A stretch of DNA of 62,876 nt, counting the filler, from Octopus bimaculoides (lineage: Eukaryota): the NCBI RefSeq assembly GCF_001194135.2. It is 6 parts of 5 records of this genome, joined end to end, with 100 filler letters (N's around TTAATTAATTAA, not from the genome) between each part and the next. Parts side by side here need not be neighbours in the genome. Positions count along the whole stretch, not along the records: positions 1 to 23,342 come from NC_068988.1; 5 more parts are not named here. One strand, written 5' to 3'. Position 1 is the stretch's first letter. Every line of letters begins with the position of its first letter. The notes beneath the pieces were generated by a model. It did no database searches. It was not told where the DNA came from and saw only the letters and a list, made by a program, of their open reading frames with translations. Shown here in pieces: positions 1 to 11,860 of the stretch. The translations under genes were made by a program, and so were the position numbers.

Positions 1-240
1 GAAGGTCTTGCCTCACCACCTCAGCCCAGGTCTTCCTGGGCCTACCTCTTCCATGGGTTCCTTCAACTGTTAGGGTGTGGCACTTTTTCACGCAGCTATC
101 CTCATCCATTCTCACCACATGTCCATACCAGTGCAATCGTCTCTCTTGCACACCACAACTGATGCTTCTAATGTTCAGCTTTTCTCTCAAGATACTTACA
201 CTCTGACGGGTATTCACATTGACATTACACATCCAACGGA
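1..240 (-). mobile_element. RTE-clade LINE, C-terminal part of ORF (runs off window edge)
   Basis: Minus strand from 238 translates RWMCNVNVNTRQSVSILREKLNIRSISCGVQERRLHWYGHVVRMDEDSCVKKCHTLTVEGTHGRGRPRKTWAEVVRQDL; the RL.WYGHV.R and G.RGRPRKTW motifs are typical of RTE ORF ends. Confidence 0.85.
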
Positions 241-558
241 ATATATATATATATATGCTCTGGAATCTCTTACTGTCATAGTATTTCTTCCAATAAATAA
301 TAGCTTTTAATGATAGTGGTAATACATTTACACAAAGTGTTCTCACCTTTTGGAGTGTGCCCTCATTACAATGTTATATTGCTCAACCATGGATTGGCCA
401 TTTAATTGAGCAGATATTGCATCCTTGCCCATTCCAATGGTATTTCCATGAAGTGTATCTATAGGATTACATTATTTCAACATGTACTACCCTGGTACAT
501 CTTCACCATCTTCTCCTCCCAACTCTCTCTCTCTCTCTCTCTTTCTATATATATATAC

Positions 559-593
<35 letters not shown>

Positions 594-753
594 ACAAGAT
601 AGCCATGTTTCTCCTCTACTGCAAGACACCTGTTTCTGTCCCTATATGATACTCTAACCTCTCATCATCTGGCACAAAGCCACCTCCCTCAATACTACTA
701 TCCACTCAGTAGAGGGCTTGTTTTTTGTTTTTTTTCTGGCCAGGTATTTGGTG
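594..753 (-). repeat. Inverted copy of the 5' segment (1782-1935) of the Penelope-like remnant
   Basis: GATAGCCATGTTTCTCCTCTACTGCAAGACACCTG...GGTATTTGGTG is the near-exact reverse complement of 1782-1935. Confidence 0.9.
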
Positions 754-814
754 ACCTTGATGGTGGTACTTCTATGTAAAAAAAAAAAAAAAAAAAACAC
801 CTGGTACACTCTGT

Positions 815-948
815 AAAGGAAGGGTGTCCAACCATAAAAACCATGCCAAAGCAAATAGTAGAACTTGGCATAGTCTTCTTGCTTGCCAGTTCCTACCAAA
901 CTACTCAATCCATGCCAGCATGGAAAGTGGATGTTAACAGATGATGAA
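815..948 (+). mobile_element. SINE family C (RTE-type 3' end, (GAT)n tail), degraded
   Basis: GGAAGGGTGTCC...CCATGCCAGCATGGAAAGTGGATGTTAACAGATGATG matches the family seen intact at 21288-21443. Confidence 0.7.
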
Positions 949-1043
949 AACTGTGATTTGAGGGAAGTCTTGGCTGCTGTTTCATGCGTAGAGACTTGTC
1001 TATATTACAATATAACAAATAGTTGTTAATAACACATATAAAC

Positions 1044-1254
1044 AAGGTGGTGAGCTAGCAGAATCATTTGCATACCAGGTAGAATGCTTGGCAGCATTTC
1101 ATCCATATTTACACTCTGAGTTCAAATTCAGCTTTGGGTCAACTTTGTCTTCATCCTTTCAGGGTTGATAAAATAAGTACTAGCTGAGCACTGTGATCGT
1201 TTTAAATGACTAGCCCCTTCCCAAAATATGCCCTGTGCCAAAATATGAAACCAA
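1044..1254 (+). mobile_element. tRNA-derived SINE family A, CpG-decayed copy
   Basis: Head AAGGTGGTGAGCTAGCAGAATC, B-box-like GAGTTCAAATTC, body TCATCCTTTCAGGGTTGATAAAATAAGTAC, tail TGTGCCAAAATATGAAACC. Confidence 0.85.
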
Positions 1255-1718
1255 TAAAATATATAAACATATGCATACATCCTACCCTATTACACAAGTA
1301 ATAACTATTTTGCAACAGACAGTTCATTATTATTATTTTTATCCTTCACATCTTATTCTACTATATTCCTCTATAAATTTTTGAAGTCAGACTTCCTGTA
1401 TTTGATCAACATAATGAGCAATATGGAGGAAGTTGCCTCTATGCAGTCAGCTGACCCATGAGCATTTGGCAAGCCTTAATATGCTGATATCTTAAGACTC
1501 TAAATTATTCAAATTTGGTATAAGTTGTATGTCAGGATGTGGTCACTCATCTTGCCAAAAGTACTGAGACATGTGTGTTGTGAGAATTAGAAAACTAGCA
1601 GTAAGTACAATAAACCTATTTGCTGTGGCAGATACTTCTCATGGCATTATTATTTAGCCAGTGAATATCAGCAAGCATATGCTTCTACTTAAGGTATAAA
1701 GATTCAAAGGTCAGCATC

Positions 1719-1785
1719 AGGCTGTATAGTCAGAAGCTTGCTTCCCAACCATGTGGTATTGGTTTCAATCCCATTGCTTGGCACC
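1719..1785 (+). mobile_element. SINE family B (CORE-like) head fragment
   Basis: GCTGTATAGTCAGAAGCTTGCTTCCCAACCATGTGG...TTCAATCCCATTGCTTGGCACC matches the head of the full copy at 51913-52310. Confidence 0.7.
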
Positions 1786-2397
1786 AAATACCTTGCCAGA
1801 AAAAAAACCAAACCCTCTACTGAGTGGGTAGTAGTATTGAGGGAGGTGGCTTTGTGCCAGGTGATGAGAGGTTAGAGTATCATATAGGGACAGAAACAGG
1901 TGTCTTGCAGTAGAGGAGAAACATGGCTATCCTGTCGGAGACAGACAGACAGACATTTTAGCGAGAGGATAACTACAGCCATAAGAGAAGGGCTAGACAT
2001 ACAACTAGCCCACTCCGGCTCCTCTCTGAGAGAACACCTCACAAAGAAACAAATAAGGGACAACAATCAATGCACATTAACAAATTGTCCCATCCGTGGC
2101 ACAGATTTATGCCAACAGGTAAATGCTGTGTATAGAATACAATGTAACAAATACAAGTTCTATGTGGTTAGCACAACAAGACCGTTACACGTCTGCATCA
2201 AAGAACATCTGAACACGAGAGCCTCCTTCAGAAAACATCTAGACAGATGCCAGAACACTGACAAAATCATAACAGTCTCAATTGAGGACAATGAAAGAAA
2301 TTTGGGTAATTTAAGAATTAAGGAAGCTTTACTCATACACAGACTAGGACCCCAAATGAACAACAGGCTGAAGATTGATAATCAATATATTATTTAG
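1782..2397 (+). mobile_element. Penelope-like element (PLE) ORF remnant with GIY-YIG endonuclease
   Basis: ORF 1900-2397 contains CPI..TDLCQQVNAVYRIQCNK.KFYVVSTTRPLHVCIKEH...H...C...ERNLGNLRIKEALLI...PQMN: a degenerate GIY/YIG pair with intervening Cys, KEH, and the E-A..I and N motifs of PLE endonucleases. Confidence 0.85.
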
Positions 2398-2549
2398 CTA
2401 CATCTGAATGCATGTATGTTCATTCTTAATAACATGCTCATGCATTGTTTATAACAAAAAAAAAAAGAGAAGCTGCACATATAACACATAACTTATAAGC
2501 AGCGCTACAGATATACCAACACACATGAGATTGAAACATAGCTGACCTC

Positions 2550-2745
2550 GCGCACTTCTCATGAGGAATTCCGGAAGGAGCTTTGTGAGACCACTACTGA
2601 GACACTTCTGGGGGGAAAAAAAGAAAAGCCATTAGTAAACAGTTGATAGCAGAGACTCCATCTAAGAAGATCTGAAGAAAGAATTGTATTCCGAAATATC
2701 ATCGGACTATAAATAACTAAATTACAACAAGTATATAGTCCATTT
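2550..2745 (+). ncRNA. Two degenerate minimal hammerhead-like motifs in the putative PLE pseudo-LTR
   Basis: CTGAAGA (2672-2678), stem GAAT/ATTC, GAAA (2693-2696); also CTCATGAGGAATTCCGGAA (2558-2576). Helix I is poorly paired. Confidence 0.4.
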
Positions 2746-3257
2746 TTTTGTATTATAGTGCATTGTTGTACTATTCAAAACTTTTTATTCTTTACATAAC
2801 TATAGTTGATTGAACCAACTTCAGTAGATATCTGATAGGTTCTTAATTGGCCCTAAAAGTATGCAAGATAAGGTTAAACACAGTACGATGTGAACTTAGA
2901 ACTTAGACTGACAAAAAAAAAAGACTGATATTTAAATTAGTGTTCTACTATTTCTGAAAAATCATCTCATTGCTTTTCTTAATTTTTCTCCTAAAGGTAC
3001 AAAATGAGGAGAAACCATAATAAAACAGAATATGAATTTTAATTATAAAAGTGTGTGTGTGTGTGTATGGTCACTGCCACACAGCTTTGAAGGCAACAAT
3101 TACCCTAATAGTTTGTTGGCAAGAGAAACTGAAAACAACACTGCCCACTGCTCTTCCATCCAAATGATTGCAGGTATAAATACAAACACACACTCATGTA
3201 CACACATATATGTGTCTATATATAATGGTCTTCTTTTAGTTTCTCTCCCCCAAACTA

Positions 3258-3372
3258 TTTCACAAAGCTTTGAACAACCTGGAGCAATAGCAGATGACAC
3301 TTGCCTAAGGTGCCATGCAGCAGATCTGAACCCTAAACCACATGTTTGAGAGGCAAACTTCTCAACCACACA
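3258..3372 (-). mobile_element. SINE family B 5' half
   Basis: GACACTTGCCTAAGGTGCCATGCAGCAGATCTGAACCC is the reverse complement of the GGGTTCAG...GGCACCTTGGGCAAGTGTC head/core. Confidence 0.75.
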
Positions 3373-3413
3373 CACACACACACACACACATGTACATGTA
3401 TGTGTGTGTGACA

Positions 3414-3817
3414 TTGGTTTCAAATTCAGGCACAATGCCAGCAATTTTGGAGAAGGGGGAGAGTCAATTTTATTGACCCCAGTATTCAACCACGAAATGA
3501 AAGGCAGAATTTGAACTCAGACCATAAAGACAGATGATATGCTACTAAGCATTTTGCCTGGAGTGCTAATGATTCCACCAGCTCATTGCCTTATGTATAT
3601 ATGTAATATTAGTTTCAAATTTTGGTATAAGGCCGGCAATTTTTGAGGGAGGTTGATGGTTGATTATATCAACTTCACTGTTCAACTGGTACTTATTTTA
3701 TCAACTCCAAAAGCAAAGTTGGCCTCAGCAGAATTTGAACTCAAAACTTAAAGATGGATGAAATGTTGCTGAGAATTTTGCCTGACATACTAAGGATTCT
3801 GTCAGCTTGCCACCTTA
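3414..3817 (-). mobile_element. Two tandem SINE family A copies (3414-3593, 3609-3817)
   Basis: Each has GAATTTGAACTCA (reverse B box) and ends at a CCTTA head junction. Confidence 0.85.
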
Positions 3818-3925
3818 TGTATATATAAAATTAATATATTTATAAATAGGCAGTGCTCCAGCATGGCCCCAGTCAAATGACTGAAACAAGTGAAACAATA
3901 AAAGAATATCACAAAGCCGCTAACT

Positions 3926-4252
3926 CTGGACTGGCCAATTTGAATTACATTGCAGGCCACTTTAATCACAGAAGGTTTTTAAAGGGCCACTTGTATACTG
4001 ACAAAATTGAAAGCATTTAGCTTTCTCATGCTATTATTACAATAATGAATGAATGATCGTTGATTCAACATGAAATATTATCGTTGCAAAAACAGTAGTA
4101 TCTTTATTTTTTACTTTTCATTACAATCTTTAATTTTTGATAAAATTTGAAAAATGTTTGTTTAAATAAACCCATTTCAAGAAAGTATCAAGCGGGCTGC
4201 AAGATAAAAGTTTGTGGGCTGCATGCAGCCCGCAGGCCTCAGGTTGGCCATG
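3926..4252. mobile_element. Short non-autonomous DNA transposon (hAT-like MITE)
   Basis: Imperfect terminal inverted repeats CTGGCCAATTTG / CAGGTTGGCCA; subterminal GCGGGCTGCA...TGCAGCCCGC and a perfect 16-bp palindrome GGGCTGCATGCAGCCC (4216-4231), resembling hAT MITE ends. Confidence 0.5.
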
Positions 4253-4944
4253 ATATGCAGTTCTGACAGCTATTTACTTGACATTTTTGACACCAGCAGT
4301 ATCTCTCAATCATGATTGGCTCTATTGAAGAAAGATTACTTTATATAGGGAGACTCAAGACAGGTCTACCATCATCACCCCAGTAACTCTCATTTTCCAA
4401 CATACAAGTTAACATAATAGTATATAGTGTAAACATGTAGTGCATATATTCAAACATCGGCACTACCTTTCCAATTCCTGCTGCATTTTATATGGAATTT
4501 TCGATCCTCTAAAGTCGTTTTTTATCTGAAAATTTTTGTCTGAAAATTTTTGTCTGAAAATTTCAACTTGTATGCTGGAAAACACAGTATATTCTCTTCT
4601 GTTTTAGAGAAACCAACAAGAAGAGCTTTGTACGGTCACTCAAGTTGCTAAAAATAGCAGCCAATCTTCCTACAACTTCTTACCATTTTAGAAAAGAAGT
4701 AATTCGTTGGAGAATGTGGTTCCAGATACACTGTGTGTTGGAAAATGGTGGGATGGTCATGACTGGAATATATTTGATTATAGGTCAGCTTGATCAAGAC
4801 TGACCTGTGTTAAAATATGCACTTAAACAACCAAATTCACCCAAGGGCAAGACAGACTTCCTTTTCTCAGAGTTTCATCACTCTTGAAGGAGGAAGCCCT
4901 CCTTGGACTCCTTCCACTGTCATCTGTCTCTGGCCAGTTGTGGC

Positions 4945-5492
4945 CACAGGGATGTTGCTAAACCCCTGCAACCCCTGCGATCACAGGGGACCATGTTAAG
5001 ATCATGAACAAGAATTAAACTATGTTAACTGAAAATTTCATGAAATAAAATGGTAGTACCTTGTACCTGCAAAAGTTCTTGTTAAAATATTACATTGTAC
5101 CACAGACATGTACCAGACTTTGTGGATAGTTTATAATATCTATTGGACATGAACTTAGCTTTCAGCTTGATTATTATGAACTGATCAATGATTTCATGAA
5201 GCAAAAAGTGTGCTATGTTTGTCTTTGAAAGTTGTTTGGATTATAAAAGTGCTCTTTTATAGATATCTGGAAGTTTTACTTATTGAAATTTGTAATAGAC
5301 CTAAATAAATTTAACTTGTACTTTTAGAAATGTTCTTTAAGATAACAATATTTCAATATTGAACTTCAGTTAGAATAAAGTAAAATATAGCTATGAATAA
5401 AAGGTGCTTAGATTATAAATTTTGATTGAAGGGATGGCACCTCAAAACAAAAAGTTGCAGAGGGCCTCTAAAAGTCATGTAACGGAGCTGTG
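4945..5492. mobile_element. Possible non-autonomous DNA transposon
   Basis: GC-rich ends CACAGGGATGTTGCTAAACCCCTGCAACCCCTGCG and GTTGCAGAGGGCC...GTAACGGAGCTGTG show weak inverted similarity around an AT-rich core. Confidence 0.3.
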
Positions 5493-6366
5493 TGACCATA
5501 TAGGCCCCAGGTAGCAGGTGAGATCATCTCGCCATCTTGTCTTTGGTCAGCCTCTTGATCTTGTCCATTGTCTTAGTGTCCTTTCTATCATCCTGACTGT
5601 CCATCTGTTGTCCTTCAGACATGTGATGTGGCCAGCTCATCTATATTTGTTCTCCTTCATGTTCTTATGGTATTATTGACTCTTGTATGCTGTCCTTTAG
5701 TGAATTTCCATTTAGAGAAAGAAAAACAAACTTTGTACAGTTCTCCATATTTTGTTTCCTTTTCTCAGCAGACAAAGAAAGACTGGTTGGTACTGAGGTA
5801 CTTAGAGAATGTGTTAGGTTTGTGAGGCAGACCATATTTCTTGTTGACTATCTTTCAAAGGAATCTAGACCAATGGTTTAGAATTTCACTGAAATATTTT
5901 TTTCTTCTGTTGTAACAAATAAAAGAAAATGTCTTTTAGAGGGAGAGAAAAAAATTCTGTGATCCCCACCATCTCCAAATCTCCCAATGTTTGTTTCATG
6001 TTTATTTTCTTTCTTCTCTGGGTGTTTAGTTTGGTTCCTTAGAATAACAGGAAAAAATGGGAATGCTTACATTTTCTGTCTCCCATAGCTGTTAGAAACA
6101 ATTGCTATTGTCTCATGATAATGAAGCGAATAATGCTCCCTGTCCTTTTTTTATTATTATTTTAGAAAATTACATTTTGTATAGAATGTAATTAGAGAAT
6201 TATTATTTGTATGTAGAATTATAATTTTACAAGTTTTTTTCTTTGTTTACTGTCTTCAATATATTTTTTCTATGCTAGATAAGTGGAATAGTATTTTGTT
6301 TTATTATATTTTTATTTTTATCTTTTTTTGTAAATTTTGTGTTATTTCTGTATCTGCTTGTCATAT

Positions 6367-6580
6367 GGGCTTCAAATTTTGGCACAAAGCCAGCAATTTT
6401 GGGGGAGGGATAAGTCAATTACATCAACCCCAGTGTTCAACTGGTACTTATTTTATCAACCCCGAAAGGATGAAAGGTTAAGTCAACCTCAGCGGAATTT
6501 GAACTCAAAATGTAAAGATGAACAAAATGTTGCTAAGCATTTTGCCCAGCATGCTAACAATTCTGCCAATCTGCCACCTT
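6367..6580 (-). mobile_element. SINE family A
   Basis: TTCAAATTTTGGCACAAAGCC...CGGAATTTGAACTCA...CTGCCACCTT. Confidence 0.85.
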
Positions 6581-7041
6581 CATATTTGCTAGTCATATGA
6601 GAAAGCAGTACTCATGATCCCTTGCAGGGCCACTGAAATTGATGTGAGAGATGTATCCTCAAACTGGAGACTTGGTCCTATGCTTTGCAGCAGAGCTGGT
6701 GCCACTAAGGTGGCAAACAATGAATGAAGTTCACTATAGTGGGATTTGAGCTCAGAATGCAAAGAGCCATAAAATATACTACAAAGCACTCAATCTGACA
6801 TTATTCCAGTTCCACGAATCCATTGCCCTGGATTGGTTATGCCTTTTTATACAGACCCTGAAGAAAATGAAAGATAGAAGTGATTTTGGTGTGATTTGAA
6901 CTCAGTGCATAGTAAGTCAGAGCGAATATTGCAAGGCATTCTGTCAAATGTTCCAGCAATGCTGCCACTCACCACCTGTTGGCGTAATTGTTTTATAAAT
7001 GGCTAGCCTTCTTAATAGAAATATATCATATTACTACTACC

Positions 7042-8130
7042 AATAATAATAATAATCCTTTCTACTACAGGCACAAGGCCTGAAATTTGGGCAGTGGGGT
7101 TAAGTCGATTAAATTGACCCAAGTACTCCATCATCATCTTCATTTAACGTCCATGTTCCGTGCTAGCATAGGTGGGACGGAACTACGAGCCAGCCTGGCC
7201 GAAGCCTGCACCAGACTTCTGTGACTGTTTTGGCCGGACTTTTACAGCTGGATGCCCTTCCTAACACCAACCACTCAGCAGAGTGGACTTACTGCTTCTT
7301 ATGTGGCACAAGCACTGGTGTGACTCCGAAAGGATGAAAGGTAAAGTCAACTCCAGTGGAATTTGAACTCAGAAGATAAGGATGGATGAAATGCCACTAA
7401 GCATTTTGCCAGGTGTGCTAATGATTCTGCCAGCTCACCACCTTACTACTACTACTAATGATAATAATACTTATCTTTTAGATTTAAATGTAAGGCCAGC
7501 AACATTGAGGTGAGGGAATTAATTAATACATTGATTCTAGTACTTAACTGGTACTTTATTTTATCAAACCCAGAGGGCTGAAAGGCAAAGTTGGAAAAGT
7601 TCACCATGGCAGGATTTGAAATCAGGATGTAAACAAAACAAAACAAAACAAATAGGGCACTGCTTTTTTCCACTGTGCTAATGACTATGCTAATCTGCCA
7701 TAATAATAATAATAATAATGATTTTTGCCACAAGGGCAACTTGGGTGAGGTGGGGATGAGTCAATTACCTCGACACCAGTGTTCAATTTTACTGACTCTG
7801 AAAGGATGAAAGACAAAGTCGACCTTGGCGGAATTTGAACTCAGAGCATAGCAACAGGCGAAATAGCACTAAGCATTTCGTCCAGCATGCTAACGATTCT
7901 GCCAGCTCATCACCTTCTGATAATAATAATAACCTTTTCTATTATAGGCACAAGTCCTGAAATTTCGGTGGAGAGGGCTAGTAGATTACATCCATCCCAG
8001 TGCTCAGCTGATACTTATTTTATTGACTCCCAAAAGGATGAAAAGGCAAAGTTAACACAATGTAAAGTTGGAAGAAATGTAAAAAGCATTTTGTTTGGCA
8101 CATTAGCGATCCTGCCAGCTCACTGCCTTA
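7042..8130 (-). mobile_element. Head-to-tail stack of four SINE family A copies; the first is interrupted by a family C SINE (7110-7320)
   Basis: Copies at about 7042-7445, 7470-7700, 7721-7916 and 7931-8130, each with GA(A/T)TTGAA(C/A)TCA-like B box except the last (deleted), separated by (TAA)n/(TAC)n. Confidence 0.85.
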
Positions 8131-8132
8131 AT

Positions 8133-8187
<55 letters not shown>

Positions 8188-8310
8188 GTGGTGATGATTT
8201 TGAATTTTGGCTGGATGTTTCTTCTTCTTCTTCTTCTTCTTCTTCTTCTTCTTCTTCTTCTTCTTCTTCTTCTTCTTCTTCTCCTTCTTCATCTTCTTTT
8301 TCTTCTTCTT
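8128..8310. repeat. (AAT)n and (CTT)n microsatellites
   Basis: Directly visible perfect trinucleotide runs. Confidence 0.95.
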
Positions 8311-8324
8311 GTGACAAGTAAAAG

Positions 8325-8475
8325 ACACCCAACACACTCTTTAAAGTAGTTGTTGCATGGAAATTCATAGAAACCAGGCGACAGCAGATGAGTGGAGCCT
8401 GGCAGCTCTCCAACTTACCAGCTCTGGTCAGACCATCTAACCCATGCCAGCTTGGAAAATGGACATTAAATGATG
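8325..8475 (+). mobile_element. SINE family C 3' part
   Basis: CCCATGCCAGCTTGGAAAATGGACATTAAATGATG. Confidence 0.7.
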
Positions 8476-10531
8476 TAATGATTTGCAGAACCATTTCTTC
8501 ATTTTAGCTTCTGTAAATTTTGTACATGAAAGTCAAGTCTTTCTTCAATTAAGATCATGACATGTAATGAATTTGTTACTTGGTCTTCTCTTTCTTCTCC
8601 ACATCCTTAATCTCAAACTTGGCCATTTTGTCTTTTTGGTGGGGAAGGGGAAGAGTATATAAAGGACTACATTATTTCATATATCATCCCCTTTTAAGAT
8701 GGTTGGATATAATTTCAGAGAAACTTGCCTGCTATTTCTTGTAAGTTGAACTACCATGTAGAGGTTCCTCCTTTGTTGAATCTGTTTCTGCTTTTTTTTT
8801 TGTTTAATTTTTTTCCTTTCTTTATTGTGTACAGTACCTGTAGTAGGATATAGATTCACCAAATTAATACTTTATCCAATGAGCCATTATTGGCTCATAT
8901 ATTAAGAATTAGGATGGACTCTCTTAAATCCTTGTTGTTGTTGATAATTAAGTGGTTAAAATGTTGAATTTGCAAATCATACCATCAAACAACTCCCTCC
9001 TTCATCTCAGTAGGGAATTCATCTCAGTAGGGAATTCTATATTAAAAGCTATCAATGCATACATACATTATATATATATATATATATTAGCCTAATACAG
9101 CTTCAGCTAAGTATAAATGCAGACACTTGATTCCATTTCACTGTAAAATGGGGTTTACTAAAAGAAATATTGAAAGAATTAACTGTAAGGATTTTCACTG
9201 TAAAGTGATACTAAGCATTAGAAGCACAAATCTGAGACAGAGAAGAGAAAAGAGGCCAACATCTGTGAGCCTGTGTCTCTTTTCTGGTTTTAACTGGTGC
9301 ATGTATAAAAGGAATGGTATCCAGTATTCAGTTCTAAAATAAAGAACTTACTTAAACATTCTCTGAAAGATGTTTAAATTTTTCAAACTCCCAGACATAT
9401 TGCAGCATTGATAAATCTTCATAAAATAAACACGAGAGGAAAAAAAAATTTAATACAGTCATTTGTACAGGTGTTTAATGGGACTGGAGAGTACTATTTT
9501 CACTTCACTTCCTTGCTTTGCATATAAACAATTTCACTGTAAGCAAATTGGGCTTTTTTGTTTTGTTTTATTTCTGTAATCTGTGAAGGAATGTCAGATC
9601 AAAATCTAAATTTGAATAAAAAGAAAAAAGTGTTTGAGGGAACATGTTAACACATGTTTTCTTTTAAGTTTGGGCTCTAACTTAACATTATTTTACAGAA
9701 GAAACTAAATTATTGTTTTTTGATGTTGAATTTATGAATTCATTTAGGTATAAACTTTCAGTGGTACATAATGACTACTGTGATTTTGGTGGATATCATG
9801 TATTTTATAAAATAATATTCAAGTGTAAAATGATACTGTTCAGCACATAATAACTAGTATATATATAATACCATTATGTTGCCATTATCTTCAGTAGCAT
9901 ATATATATATATGTACATACACACACACACACAAACACATGCACACACACATACATATGTACAGGGCAGTTTACTAATGCGTTTCTGTATTATTTTACTA
10001 TAGTCTGTAATATATTATACCAAGTACATTCTATATCCCTACCCAGAGCAGTCCTCTAATATATTGCATTAATTCCTTACTGCTTTAGCTAAGAAAGAAG
10101 CTAACATAAGCTGGTGTGAATATAAACATAGATATCAATTACATTTCACTCTAAAGGGGTTTATCAAAAGGGATATTATGAATGAATTAACTGCTAAGAT
10201 TTTCAGTGTAAAGCGATATGCTTATAAACATATCACCCATTTGAGATTGAAAAGGGGAACATGTTAGAGAAGTGTTTCTCTGTTCTGTCTCACTCATATT
10301 GATGATTTGAACCAAATACTGTGCAAGATTTTAGCTATGACATGTCTATAGTAAGACAGAAATCTCATTTAACTAACTTGTAGCTTAGTGAGATCAAAAT
10401 TCTGTTGATCACGAAAGGTCTACCCCCAGATCCATCATTTAACTAATCCTTTAGCATTCAAACTGGCCATATCCAGCCCATGTGTTCTGTTTTATGTTCA
10501 AACTATCCAAATCCAACTTCTCACACTTTCG

Positions 10532-10787
10532 TGGAGGCATGTGGCTTAGTGGTTAGGATGTTGGACTCGTGATCCTAAAATCGTGATTTCGATTCCTGGA
10601 CTGGGCGATGTATTGTGTTCTTGAGCAAAATGCTTCATTTCCCATTGCTCTCGTCCATTCAGCTAGCAAAAAGGAGTAATCCTGTGATGGACTGGCATCC
10701 TGTCCAGGTGGGAAATATATACACCATGAAACTGGAAAACCAGCCCTTATGAGTTTGTATGACTTGAGAAAGTAACTTTACTTTTAC
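10532..10787 (+). mobile_element. tRNA-derived SINE family D (Meta/V-SINE-like central region, (ACTTT)n tail)
   Basis: A-box-like TGGCTTAGTGG, B-box-like TTTCGATTCC, TGTGTTCTTGAGCAA, CTGTGATGGACTGGCATCCTGTCCAGG, tail ACTTTACTTTTAC. Confidence 0.7.
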
Positions 10788-11159
10788 CTATCTCACACCT
10801 TCTCTACTATGTTATTCTAAAAATAAACAATCATGTCATCAAAATCTCGAAGTTATGGAGATAATGTTTGATTAATTTAAAACAGTGTAAATATATAAAC
10901 ATAACATTTTACAATAATTTGAATCCTAAAGGGTTAAACATACTTCCAGGTGACTGCCTTGCCAATTACACCAAGCCCCAGTGTAGGAATCCCTACATGA
11001 TCACTTGACTTGCTAGAAATAGCAGTCCAATTTTCCTCATATCACACACTACTTTCTTTAAAGAAAGAAGAATGAATATGAAATTTTTAAAAATCAATGG
11101 TATGATCATAACTGTAAATGAGCATCACTGTCGTACTAGTGGTGTTGTTCATTTTCTGT

Positions 11160-11860
11160 CTTGCTTGGAAACAAGTGAGGGTTGGTGACAGGAAGGGCAT
11201 CCAGTTGTAGAGAATCAACTTCAATAAATTTTGTCTGAGCCATGCAAAGTGGACATTAAATGGATGATGGTAATGATGATGATGATGATGACACTGATGA
11301 TGGGGATGATTATGGTGATGATGATGTGACATTGGGGTGAAATATATGCCGGAATCAATGACAGAAAAAATGTAAGATTAGTTCTCCACAAAGTTTTTTT
11401 TATTGTCATAATAGAGTATTTTTAGTTCATTTAATGTATGCTTTTTCATGCTATCATGGGTGGATGAGGATTTATTTGAGGTGGGATTTTATGTTCAAGA
11501 TGCTCTTCCTGTTGCCAACTCTTAGATGCTTTTCAAAGTAAGGGTTAATTTTTAATCCTAGGGGAGTTATGGTGATTTGCTGTACTTGAGAAGATGCCTC
11601 AAGCTCAGTAGAATCACTGTCATCCATACACACAGGCTTGTCCTTTGCAGGTACCAGTGTCCCATAAAATACATTTGTGCCAGTGAAACATGAAAAGCAC
11701 CCAGAACACTCTGTAAAGTGGTTGGCATTAAGAAGGGCATCCAGCCGTAGAAACCATGCCACATGAAACAATTGGTTCTAGACAGCTCCCCAGCTGGACA
11801 GCTCCATATCAAACTATCCAACCGAAGCCAGCATGGAAAACGGACATTAAATGATGATGA
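11160..11860 (+). mobile_element. Two SINE family C 3' fragments (about 11160-11330 and 11680-11860)
   Basis: GGAAGGGCATCCAG...GGACATTAAAT(GAT)n in both. Confidence 0.75.

Noticed and set aside
4525-4563. 14-bp unit x3 (and a 17-bp unit x2 near 9002-9036)
   Set aside because: Ordinary local slippage duplications.
7887-8494. ORFs with poly-N/S/E/K/Y runs
   Set aside because: Pure translations of (AAT)n and (CTT)n microsatellites and SINEs.
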